A stretch of DNA of 64,000 nucleotides, taken from assembly GCA_040954595.2 (NCBI GenBank), contig CM082593.2, forward strand, positions 8,813,200-8,877,199, in the 5' to 3' direction. The stretch is from Balanoglossus misakiensis (lineage: Eukaryota; Animalia; Hemichordata). The translations under genes were made by a program, and so were the position numbers. Under the pieces are notes generated by a model that saw only the letters and a program-made list of their open reading frames with translations, searched no databases and was not told the origin of the DNA. Of the stretch, positions 1 to 11,913 are shown piece by piece; the stretch's first letter is position 1, and every line of letters starts with the position of its first letter.

Positions 1-10
1 GTGATGTGTA

Positions 11-151
11 CAGTCAAACCTGTCTAAACCGAACCCTGTCTAATCTGGAAACCTGTCAATGCCAAACACCTTTGACATAGAATTACATGTTAAAAGAGCT
101 TTTAAAAATTTCTTCTTTCCCTTTGGTGTTTGGTTTAGACAGGTTTTACTG
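11..151. mobile_element. Tc1/mariner-type MITE (related copy at 6209-6336)
   Basis: TA|CAGTCAAACCTGTCTAAAC ... GTTTAGACAGGTTTTACTG|TA terminal inverted repeats with TA flanks; similar element at 6209-6336. Confidence 0.65.
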
Positions 152-234
152 TATCACCTTTAATGTCGTTATATCAATTAATGAAAATCATTTCACAGTC
201 AGCAAAGTTCATGATATTTTCTTAAATCTTTCAG

Positions 235-3200
235 ATATATTTACTGCGTGACGATCAGAGAGTGAAGGTCATAACAATGGATGTAACAGAGAACGTTGTT
301 TTATGGGTGGATGATTTCATGGAGTAAGTAATCTCAAATGTTCTGCATGGTTGGTTATCCGCAATCTGAGTATTGTGTATATTAGAATCACTCTTTCCCA
401 AGGACCTGGGATCATATTTCTCGCACAAGTAGGGGATTTTTTTGTCCCACACGAGCCACATGAGAAACTCAAATGTACTGTAAGACTTGTGCAACAGTCA
501 AAGAAATCCAACAGTCCAACCTATAGCATCACAAGGTAATACATGTAATAATAATATCTCAGCTCCATTGGTTACCAGTTCGTCTCAGGATTGACTACAA
601 AATTTTGTTGATAACTTTCAAAGTTATCCATAACTAGACTCCAGCTTACAACAGTGATCTACTGCAGCCATACACTCCCACTCGTACACTGCGTTCATCC
701 ACCAAGAAACTCTTAACATGTACAACTTTCAAAAACAAGACCTATGGCGACCGTGCCTTCTCTTATGCTGCCCCTAAACTGTGGAACGCACTACCTCTTG
801 ACATCAGGCAATCTACAAACCTGGAGACTTTCAAAAGAAAACTTAAAACTCAAATGTTCGAAAGAGCATACAGTGTGGTTTAACCATGAGCGTCATTGGG
901 CAACATTACTTGTTTTGGATTTTGGCGCTATATAAACTTTTGTTGATTGATTGATTGATTGAATATCTGACATTGTTCTGGTACTGTCATTTTTTTGTTT
1001 ATACACATCATTCCCGTGTTGGTACTATCATGCATTGTTCCTTAGGTTATCATTATACAGGGTTCGTACGCTCCTGGAAACTCCTGGAATCTCCTGGAAT
1101 TTGAAACCCCTCCTGGAAACTCCTGAAATCTCCTGGAAATTCAAAATTTCTCCTTGAAACTCCTGGAAAACCGCGAGTCACGATCGCATTTCACCGGATC
1201 GTGAAACAGTACGCGTTGCCCATTTCACTCGGCGCACCAGTTATCTTTAGACAGACGTCCTATAAATAGTATCATTGACATAGTAACGCACAAATTGCAA
1301 CAACTAACGCAGCTCAGCGTTCCGGTCGCAACAAAATATCTAGTCTAGAATCTATCCCTTCGTAGTCGCATTCACCCTACTACCGTCTAGGAACGCAGAA
1401 CCAAAATCTAGTAAGGCCATAAAATGGTAATTTGAATGTGAATAGTCTCCAACTGAGCAGTCTGACGTCAGAGAAGTCAATCACTTACGTTGACCTACTA
1501 CTGATTGGCCGTGAGGTGATGACGTTGAATGTTAATTATGTTTACAATGTAGCTCCGCCCCGAATGATACATAATCATGATCACGTGGTGACGCTTGACG
1601 TCAGATTGCTCAGTTAGAGACTATTCACATTCAAATTACCATTTTTATGGCCTTACTAGATTTTGGTTCTGCGTTCCTAGACGGTAGGAGGGTGAATGCG
1701 ACTACGAACGGATAGATTCTAGACTACAAAATATCTAAAACTTGACAAAAGATGTAGCAACTTTTGTTAGAGGTCATGCCATGTGTCCGCGCGTCTGCAG
1801 AATACTTGTACAGACGGCCGCGCCAGACACCCTGAGATCGAAGTTCAGGGCAATTAGTGATGTCAAAAAGAAGCAAAAAAGGCAGGCGTTTTTTGTGTTT
1901 TTTTTTCAGCAGCAAAACAGTAATTTCCATCATTAATTTGTCGATTTTATCAGGACAGAAATCATTGCTTTAGGGACTGTTCAGTTTTTACGGCCGAGGG
2001 GGGGGGGGGCGGAGATCACTTAAATTTTAGCCAAATATGCTAAATGATTTGGGAAAATTTGTTTTACTTAGGTCTTCATGGGGAGGCCATTGAAATGTGT
2101 ACTATCACAGTCAAAAGCCTTTAAATGATTTGTTAAACTAGAATAACAGGTGCATGTGAGTGTAACAGTAATAGTAAAGTTGCACAATTTTGTTGCGTAA
2201 AACATCCTGGAAAATGGCATTTTTACCACAAAAACTCCTGGAAAATTACTGGAAATCTCCTGGAAACTCCTGCAATTTTGAATTGCTCTAAGTGTATGAA
2301 CCCTGTTATACTAGTATACCAGCTGTACAAAGTTGCTTATAACCTTGTTACTTGTATGTGTAATGTAAGTATTATTGTGTCTTACCTCTTAATTTTGTTA
2401 TATTTAATGTTTCAGAGAAATTTCAAATATCACCAATGCTGAATGTAATGATGATAGCATCAAAGTTCATGTCGATCAAGATGGAGTACCTAATGATCAA
2501 TGGTAAGTAACATACTCGTAATGTGTCATTTTTAGGTCCCGTTTGGTTATGTATATATGCCATGGGACCTTATGGAATCAGTTGTCTGTATGTCTGTATG
2601 TAGATTTCTTTATTGCAACGATATACTATTATATACTTCAATTACTTTAAGAAATTCATAATTGAGGTGTGAGGAGCCTCATTCCCTTTATTGCATACAG
2701 TGTACATAGGATCAGGACGGCGAAAGTTTTCGGCGCGGGGGGGGGGGGGGGGGGGGGGTCATCATATTTTTGGGTCTGTCAAAGGGGGGGTCATAATTTT
2801 TTGGTGCTGGGTGAAGGGGGTCGGCCTGATTTTGAAAACCGATGACACAAACTTGCCCCCCCCCCCTGGTAAACGCCATACAGCATTACAATCAACAAAT
2901 AGTAAAAAAAATAAAAAAGTAAACAAAAAAACAGGAAAACATTTTAAAAATACAAATAAAATTATGAAACTACTAAAAACTGAACGGTCCCTCAACTGGC
3001 CAGTTTAGTCTCCTGATGAGTGAGTCCAGTGACTGGCCAGTTTAGTCTCCTGATGAGTGAGTCCAGTGACTCACGAAACAGTGTTGTAGAGATTTTACCG
3101 CCTTCCGTTTCTCCTACTACCCTTCTTTATACTCCGCTCTACTCTCGTATTGAGCACTTTGGATCGGACCAGTCGAACCGCATACTTCGTATGTATGTAT

Positions 3201-6200
3201 GTATGTATGTATGTATGTATGTATGTATGTATGTATGTATGTATGTATGTATGTATGTATGTATGTATGTATGTATGTATGTATGTATGTATGTATGTAT
3301 GTATGTATGTATGTATGCATGCATGCATGCATGTATGTTATGTCAAGTACAAAGTTGATCTGTACGCGAATATACACTACCTGGCATGGAGTGTGAATTG
3401 ATAGACTTGTTGGGCATTCAGAAAAATAGCAAATTTTGTCGTAGCGCAAATGTTTTTCGAATCAACACAGGAGAAAATTCTCCTATGAAAGAGATTTGGG
3501 TTTTGGGAAATAAAATTCCAGTGGATGTCATGAGAACTTTTATGTACCATTTGAATTAAAGGGACAAAGTCTCTCTCTCGCTGCCCTTTTTTCATTTATT
3601 ATGACACCGTTTATGTTAATGTACATGTGTATATGTAGTGAATGAATGTTCGTCAACACACAACTTCCATTCTGCTTCTATGATATGAGAGTAAATCCTC
3701 ACCCAAAATGAATAAATGGTAGAGACCTATTCTTCATTTTGGCAAGATTTTTCACTCTTGTGTCTACAAGTGGGATGGAAGGTGTGTGTGTTGAACGTTG
3801 ATTCACTATATATCCATATGTAGAATAACATAAACGGTGTCTTGTATCAAACGTAATTAATGAAAAAAGGGCAGCGTAAGAGAGACTTTGTCCCTTTAAG
3901 GGAAACCTGGTTTATTGCAGTCAGTGTGAACCATTTTCTGTGTATTTTACTTTCAGGTCAGATATATTTATGCACTGTATTGACCCAGAGACAAATGAAA
4001 TCATGGACGTCGATGAAATTATCTCGTAAGTTTGTGATTAGATTTTTAATACTAAGTGTCACTGATCATTGCATTTTACACGACAGTCTGTGTCTGTGTT
4101 GTATGTACAGCAGTACATTGTCTCAGTCATTTACAGAATCTGCCAGATTGTGTTTTATATTTAATCAATCTTAAAGCTCCTCCATTTTGGAGCTATTTTT
4201 AATAATAATTATAGATTAGGCCATGTCCATTGAGAAGCAATTTTTTAACTTGGCTGAAGTGTAGTACTCTATGGTCTTTCAGTGTACACCAATTGTTTTC
4301 ATAAAACAATCCGATTTTGGGGGAAATTCTAAGCGACATCCTCTGAATGGGAATCTAAAAATTACCCTTGATGTCTGGTATTCAGATTATGGTATTCTCT
4401 GAATCAGAATCCGAAATTACCTGTACCATTGGCATTGAATCTTCCCTGATCCCAACATCAATGTGTGTTCATACACTGAATCATTCTGTTATGTTGTAAT
4501 CCGGACGCACGACAGTGACTAAAATAAGATGACTTAAAGGGATCTGTCAGCAATGCACACAAGTGTAAAGCTGCACTGATCCACTAGCCCATTACAAACA
4601 ACACAACATGCAACTTTTCAAAGCGTTCATGCAGTTTAAAGGGACAAAGTCTCTCTCGCGTTGCCTTTTTCCATTAATTATGTTTGATGAAGACACCGTT
4701 TATGTTATTCTACATGTGGATATATAGTGAATGAACGTTCAACCCCACACACCTTCCATCCCACTTGTAGACACGTGAATGAAAAACTCACAAAAATGAA
4801 TAATCGATCTCTACCATTTATTCATTCATTTAATCTCATATTCTACAAACGGGGTGGAAGCTGTGTTTGATTGAACGTTCATTCATCACATATACACATG
4901 TACATTAACATAAACGGTGTCTTGTATCAAACATAATCAATGGAAAAGGGCAGCGAGAGAGAGACTTTGTCCTTTTAATCCTGGGAGTTTCCAAAAATTA
5001 AAAAAATACTTATGAACACAGCAAAACTTCTTAAACAGCCCAGTTCAAAACTACTACCATGTCACAGCCCCCAGAATTAATTCCCCTATGACAACCATGT
5101 ACAGACTAAATTTTCAGACCATATATAAGGCTGAAATGAACACTGGCACAACACTGTTACCAGTCTTTCAGTCATGTATTCACATCACTGCATATAGACA
5201 CAGAATAACTCGTGCACATTCCTGTGATACCAAATCACATTCATGCCTGTCCATACACCCCTGATACCTGACCAATTTCAGTTTATGCAATAGGCTATTT
5301 CCTAGGAACTGTTACATGTACCAGTACCGCTCCCATCCATTTACTGAAAAGTGCCAGTCATTTCCTAGCTGTGTATAGCCATGTAACTATAATTCATTAC
5401 ATGAACTCAAATCACCATGACCACCATCACTATATATTAACTCTAAAACAACATGCTGTCACTGCAGTAACAATAACTGACCCACAATGTACAAATCAAA
5501 ATCTGTGCACTGAAATAACCCACCATGGGTTTCATCCCACACTGATATCACAACACAGCATTTAGAATGAGTAAAAACAGACCCACAGAAGCCCATAAAA
5601 CACAACACTATCAATACAGCAGGGACTGTGTATTTGTTATCCATGATGACTTGTTAAATATAGAATTATATATAGGTTGTTCAGATTTTTCATCATTGGA
5701 AAATTAGCGTGAAAAAGTAGAATGGAGACAATATTTTCAATTTAGACTGGAGTCCCACTCTAACAGTACAATTGAAGTCTCCCGTGCCAGTCCAAACTCA
5801 CTATAAAGCATGCTGAGCTCAATACACTAGCATGACTGACATGCAGTGCCTTTCACATGAACAAGGTGTACACTAGACTGTAACAATGTTGTTTTCTTTC
5901 TTACTACAGTTTACTTGACAGTTATGAGGAAAACCTGAGTGAACTATATTCAGAATACAGTGTCATTGCTGTAGTGGTATGTATTCATGGCATAATCTTT
6001 AAAGGCCCTTCTCAACAGTTGGTCAAATCTTTTGTTTCCAATAAACAGTTACGTGCTAACACAAAGGCTGTTTGCCTTCATTGTACTGCCCTGGAATCGA
6101 GGAAAAGGCATTTAACGGAAAGCTCCATTAGTTGTGATTTTTTTGCTATTTTTATTATGTCTATATGAACTGCATTTCTCATTCCAATCCATGAAGCATG

Positions 6201-9200
6201 ATGAAATACAGTAAAACTTGTCTAAACTGAACACATATTGCTGTTTGTAGAGGTGTCTGGTTTATAGAGGTTCTTCTAACATTAGGTACTGTGTGAAACG
6301 GATTGAAAAAGGTGTTTGGTATAGACAGGTTTACTGTACCTGGGGTTTAGCTTATCAACACATGGACGTGTACATTTAGCACTGTTACCGTTGAAAATTG
6401 AATTCAAAGATAAAATTTTCTTGTATTGATATCTAACATCTTGATTATACAGGAATCTGTCTGTGTCTTTCTCACTGGATACCTATAAGTAAATCATTTA
6501 GCTGAACTCTTGATATCAGATTTTTGTTCTTTGCTAGTAAATATTTTTTTTTACAATTTTGATCTTAACAAATAGTCTGATATGTTATATTTTTCCAGCC
6601 TGCCGTGTCTGAGTCAACTGCAACGGATCTTTCCCAATATCTCCAGATTTCCATGGGTATACTACTCTTTGTGTTGCTCATCCTGCTGATTTTACTTCTC
6701 TACTGTTACTTCACAATGAGGAGCAGGTAACAAGACTATGTTTGTTCATATTGAATGTGAATTTGAACAGCAGTAAAATCTGATTATTTTAGCCATGCCA
6801 ATCAACATAATTAAAGCACCAGTAACTTTTGCCTATTTTCTCTGTATTTTTTGTATCAACATGGTTTTGTGTGCTGTGTTAAAACTAACTTCGAAATGCT
6901 CAGGGTTTTTTTTAACAAAGCCCTTTTGCAGTAATCGACTTTCTTATTGTCATAAAAAATCTCTGGCCGGATGGCCAACACCAGTCCTGACCTACTCACC
7001 AGACAAAGAAAATCTGGTTTGTGGCGGAGTCATTGATTGTCGGACACGACCATCCCCAGTGCCACCCAACTTCGCACCAATAAAGCCAGCCTATAAACAA
7101 CAAGAGACAGTGTACGACCAAGATCTCAGATCGATCAAATCCAGTCATTAAAGTGAATCTTCCAGGGATCATACTATACCAGCACCATTGTGGAATTGCG
7201 AAAAATGTGTTCTTATTTTTCATTTTGCAGGTATAAGCGTAAATTGAGAGCTGCAAGTTCCGCTGTGATGGGAAATCAGGGAGGACCTCAGTTGACAGAG
7301 AATACCATGAATCTGCCAGGAACTAACCAACATGCTTTTGAAGGGTACTGTATTAGGCTTGTGATTGCACTTTACCCCTTTCATCAACATGGTTCAGTCC
7401 AAACCCATTGTTTTCTGTGGTGAGGTTGGACCGCTGAAGAGGGAACTGGGGGTCAAAAGATCCATATTGGCATCTCTATAGAAATAAACAAAGGATCTTT
7501 AATCCCTGCACAGAACTGGTGATTGGGAAACAAAGCGTGGGCTGTGAATAACAAAAATGTCACTTTAAACCCTTTCACCCCCAGTTCCCTATTTAGAGGT
7601 CCAACCTTACCATAGGAAACAATAGGTTTGGACTGAACCATGTTGATAAAATCTGACAAGTAGCAAATATTTATCAGCAGAGATGAGTTACAAGGTCTGC
7701 ACGATTTGACAAGTTTTGAGTGATTTTTTAAAGAAATTCTTAAAGTTATCATCGTGCAAAAAATCTTGTAGTGGAAACTTCCTCTGCACTGCAGTTTGTT
7801 CTTTGAGGTGAACATATTCTTCTGGAACTCAAAACAATAACAATCAGCTCAGGTAGTCATGCATGTTACCTGCGCCAACTTTTTCTAAGCAGAATCCCCT
7901 CATTGTGAGCAACATAACATGGGACCTCCAAATTGTATATTTTCAGAAAGCTAGGTTCTTTATTAGTTTTCTCATCACCATCTTTCACTCACTATTTCTT
8001 ACATGTTGGACAACAAACTGTTATTATGTCAGCAGTTGAAGGACTTGCAATAGGAATAAATATTAATAGACTTTGGGTCAGCATGAATTACTAAATTTTT
8101 AAAAATCCGCCTTTCAATTGAAAAGCACCTTGCTTAAACATGGGGATGTTCATTTAGAAAACATCGATTCTCAATTTGTGTTTGTTGCTAAAAGAGTAAA
8201 CTGACAGTAGTGTGGCAAAGTTCAGATGGGGTTTGTAAGGATTCTCAAAAATACAGTGCCACCTGAAATGAGTTTTTTGGAATCATCACTGCCATAAGCC
8301 ATGTTGTCTTCAACTCCTCTCTCATGTTGCTCAGAGAACACAATGCTTTCAGATTGATCAAAAGCCAGGATCAGTATTGAATGTTGCTGGCAACCAGAAA
8401 GAATAAATGAATGTCTTGTGCTTTTTTTTGTAGGTCCAACCCATTATGGAATGTGAATGCTCCAATCTACAGTGAAATTGACGAACCAGAACCAGAGTAA
8501 GTGACATTACTTTTTTTTTAATTCTGTGTGGTTGCCGTGAAACGTGACATCCTCGCTCTTTTTAGTCTCCATCTATACTGTCTTGAAACATAAAGTTGAT
8601 TGCATAAATACAGACAGACTGTGACAGCTACTATGAAGGTATGTGTAATAGAAGAATTTGCTAAACAACTTGGGTTGCTGTCATTCATTCTGATGACTGA
8701 CAGCCACAAAATATTCAAAGACAAAGTTATTCACCTCTTCATGATACCCATGAAAAAGTACACAAAGAAATTAGTGCAGAGTGTAAATCTTTGAGACCTC
8801 ATTTGACACTTGATAGGATAAACCATGGATAAGGAATGGTTTTGGAGAGAACATCTTGGGATGAATTCAGAATATTATGTCAGAATATGACAGAACTTCA
8901 TGACCTCTGCGCGCGATCTGTGCAATATGGATTTTTATTTTCATGAGTGAGAAGGTGTATTCTTCCGAGTATTTTTACGAGCGATAGCGAGTAAAAATGC
9001 AGAAGAATACACCTTCTCACGAGTGAAAATAAAATCCATATTGCACAGATCGCGCGCAGAGGTCATGAAGTTCTGTTATTATTGCATATGTTTCCCCAGA
9101 TTTGACGAAAATCAAAGTTTCGATCGTGGCGTATTGGTTTTCATTACAGTGATGCGCCAAAGGCTATGCAACCCAGAGAAGGCCGCTCATTGGCCAAAAT

Positions 9201-11913
9201 GACGCAACCTTTGTTATGCAAAGAAGGGTCATGTGGGGTCATTCCAACAGTGGGTTACCTGAGGTCGTGAGAACGCAGCGATAAATTTTGAAACACTGGC
9301 GATAGCGAGAGATTTTCGTAATTTTCGAGGTTCCAAAACACACTGACAACTAAATGTTCTGTTATTCTGACGATAGTTGGGAAGGATAATAAAACAACGT
9401 GCCAGAATGTTGAAAAATCCGCATGTTTCGGCGATCATGTTGGCTCATTTCATCGGTGGTTTAGCTCAGGTCGCAAGATAGCATCGGCAATATTTGAGAA
9501 ACTGGCGATAGCGAGGGATATTCCGAGGTTCCCAAACATACTGCCAGTTAATGTTTTGTTATTCTGACAAAATTTGGGAAGGATAAGACAATGAAGTCTC
9601 CGAATGTTGAAAATTCCCCACGTTTCGGCGATCATACTCCAGCTCTGCCGACCGCGTTCAATGTTTACAAACAAAACGTAGTCCGGCTTGTTTTTACTCA
9701 TTTGCATATGGGTTGTGAAAAATACCACTTTGTCACGCGCACAACTAAAACAACAATCGGCTTTTTGCGACTGAAATAAAACTTTTGTTATATCCTCCGG
9801 AGGTTTATATGAACTCCAAGTGATTGTGTAACAGAACGAGGGTTAAACTTTGAAAGATACGATCGATTGAAGGGGAAATGGGGGATCTTATTCTTCGGGA
9901 TGCTCATTTGCATATGAGCTCGCAAAAATACCAGAATTATTATTGCACGGCCCGCTTAGAATACTGTAGTACATATGCAATAATATTGTATAATTCTGTT
10001 GCAAGGCCCCTCAGCAGTTGCATGTGTGGGCACATCAATTTGGTCAAAATTACCACAGAGGGCGCTATTTGACCCCTGCTCAGAAAGATTTATTGACTTG
10101 CCTGAGTGAACATTTAGCCACTGCACAAACTGAGTCCTTGTTCTGACTGCTTGCAATAGGATTTGGAATTGCATCACTGATGTTGAGCTCAGTGAAAAGT
10201 GTATTTAATCTCAAAAGCAATTTTCAAAAATGTACATGTAGTTGGAAAGGATGCTGGCTGAGGGTGTTATTTAGGGGGTAAGTCACCAATTGGGAATGGC
10301 AAGGCTGCTGATTGCTGTTGCCAGCACCCCTAACTGAAGATTGCCTTTGCTTTTGTTCTCTACTGAATGACTGGTCATGTGCCAGATACAACTCTCCATC
10401 ATTGCAGCATTTAAAGTATCAGTAGAATAAATTATTATACACCTACTGCTGTAACCTATGGAGTTCCGTAATACAATAATTCGCGGTATCACCGTACAAT
10501 AATTATTCAAATGAGGATGCGGAGTCCAATAACACCAGGGTTATTGGACGCATTGTGACTTTGACCTCACAGGACTGGTGATCAATGTAAACAATGATGA
10601 TATTAACCCTACTCTGACGAAAATTTATATAAAAAGTACACAGCCGTTATTAAACAAAATTATTGGTGACCCAAGATGCGAAATAAGTCAAAATCCACGC
10701 TGAAATTTCAGTCGAAGGAATCTGTGAACGAACAGGCGAGCGCGTTTATTTCAAGTTCCAGCCACAAGCTCAGCGCAAGCAGCGTAGAACGTCGCGCGCG
10801 AGACAGGCAGTTCGACACTAGCATCACCTGATGCGCGAGGTGAAGGCGCGTTAGATATGCAAATTACATCATGGCGGCGTCTGAAAACTAGAAAGTCCAA
10901 TAGCGGCCTATTTTTTCTTTATCGTTCATCAAGGACGTCCGGAAAAGGTGTATAATAATAAGGTTATTCACAAAATACCGGGATTTATGTCCTCGTACAT
11001 CGTACGCTTCGGTATTGTCCTCGACCCTGCGCGTCTCGGACAATACCTGCGCTGCACGATGTACTCGGACATAAATCCCGGTAATTTGTGAATAACCTTA
11101 TATTATAACACACCATGCAGCGAACCCTCGATCGTGATTTGTCAATATGCCGTCACGTGACCTTAGTCATTTCGAACTGTTCCCTAGGGCATCAGTTCGA
11201 TCGGTTTCTGCCCGGTACTGTTGCCTGGATCTGGTGTGTGTCGTGTTTGGTGTGTTATAAAACACATGATGACTGACATATTTGGGCAAAAGTGTATTTT
11301 TGATGACCTCGGGACTGCCAGTCACACCAAAACAGTCTGTTTTCCCTCGGGCTATTCCCTCGGGAAAACAAGACTGTTTTAGTTGTGACTAGCAGCGCCC
11401 TCGGTCATCAAAATACACTGTTGCCCTCATTGTCAGTCATCATGTGTATACTGTGATGATCAGTGCTTTGTTTAGAATGAGAGATTCTGTATTCTAAGGG
11501 CCCTCGGGCAATACCTGTGACCCTGGTAAAGGTCACAGGATTGAATCTTTCAGTCTATGCTCATTTATAGCTTTCACTACCATGGGTCAGTGCATACCTG
11601 TTGTTTTCTATCTTAAGGTTGGACCTCAAAAGAGGGAAGTGGGTGTGAAAGGGTTAAAACAGGTTTAGTTTAGAATTTTTACATGCAGTCATTTTTTTTT
11701 CTCAGTAAAAACTCTCTGGATGAAAATGCAGTTGAGGCAGAGGAGAGTGAGGACCAAGAACTGACCATCGACTTCAATGATGACTACGACTATTACTCCA
11801 AACTTCCACCAGAATATGCAGAATCGGACGACATCTTAAGTGCCGCTATCGGTGAACACGACAAGCAAAAATTTGGTTTGGATCTCGGCGAAATGGAGGT
11901 GACGGCTGTATAG
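235..11913 (+). CDS. Cadherin-23-like / Cad87A-like cadherin, 3' part (membrane-proximal domain, TM, cytoplasmic tail); exons 235-323, 2416-2502, 3957-4025, 5910-5976, 6599-6726, 7231-7344, 8434-8496, 11706-11913
   Basis: All introns GT-AG with compatible phases. Spliced product IYLLRDDQRVKVITMDVTENVVLWVDDFMEEISNITNAECNDDSIKVHVDQDG...IAVVPA...MGILLFVLLILLILLLYCYF(TM)...YKRKLRAA...PGTNQHAFEGSNPLW...SLDEN...MEVTAV*. The LRDDQRVK and PxTNxxxFxGxNPxW motifs are typical of CDH23/Cad87A; C-terminal class I PDZ-binding motif. 5' exons lie left of the window. Confidence 0.9.
560..962 (+). mobile_element. 3' fragment of an L2/CR1-type LINE
   Basis: Translates LHWLPVRLRIDYKILLITFK...GDRAFSYAAPKLWNALP...FKRKLKT, followed by a (TTGA)n tail. 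Confidence 0.8.
1058..2305. mobile_element. hAT-like non-autonomous element with CTCCTGGAAA subterminal repeats
   Basis: TIR CAGGGTTCGTAC / GTATGAACCCTG, flanked on both sides by TTATA (5 bp); many CTCCTGGAA repeats at both ends. Confidence 0.7.
1341..1726. mobile_element. TAGTC-ended MITE (AcademH-like, non-autonomous) nested in the hAT-like element
   Basis: About 130-bp TIRs TAGTCTAGAATCTATCC.../...GGATAGATTCTAGACTA; 9-bp TSD CAAAATATC at 1332-1340 and 1727-1735. Confidence 0.8.
3044..3094 (+). ncRNA. Minimal type I hammerhead ribozyme (Penelope-like element / retrozyme type)
   Basis: AGTCTC-CTGATGA-GTGAGTC-cagt-GACTCAC-GAA-ACAGTGTTGT-A-GAGATT: core CUGAUGA/GAAA, 7-bp stem II, short near-palindromic stem III, GUA cleavage triplet, stem I AGTCTC/GAGATT. 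Confidence 0.85.
3189..3338. repeat. (TATG)n microsatellite
   Basis: Directly visible; source of the spurious MYVC/HTYI ORFs. Confidence 0.97.
3560..3895. mobile_element. TTAA-flanked palindromic MITE (Kolobok-like), copy 1
   Basis: TTAA|AGGGACAAAGTCTCTCT ... AGAGACTTTGTCCCT|TTAA; homologous copies at 4640-4974 and 15226-15567. Confidence 0.8.
4640..4974. mobile_element. TTAA-flanked palindromic MITE (Kolobok-like), copy 2
   Basis: Same TIRs and internal sequence as 3560-3895; TTAA flanks. Confidence 0.8.
8890..9076. repeat. Long near-perfect palindrome (hairpin end of a repetitive element)
   Basis: ACAGAACTTCATGACCTCTGCGCGCGATCTGTGCAATATGG... mirrored by ...CCATATTGCACAGATCGCGCGCAGAGGTCATGAAGTTCTGT. 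Confidence 0.85.
10958..11447. repeat. Two long hairpin palindromes (10958-11101, 11262-11447)
   Basis: ATAAGGTTATTCAC.../...GTGAATAACCTTAT and ACACATGATGACTGAC.../...GTCAGTCATCATGTGT. Confidence 0.8.

Noticed and set aside
351-539. 62-aa ORF ending in a phase-compatible GT donor, candidate cadherin exon
   Set aside because: Exon 235-323 splices to 2416 and gives continuous CDH23-like sequence; this ORF has no cadherin similarity
3020-3449. MYVC/HTYI repeat ORFs (also 27766-28282)
   Set aside because: Translations of tetranucleotide microsatellites
10050-10066. CTCF-like motif CACAGAGGGCGC (similar near 27497 and 41975)
   Set aside because: Imperfect matches in or near repeats; cannot be supported from sequence alone
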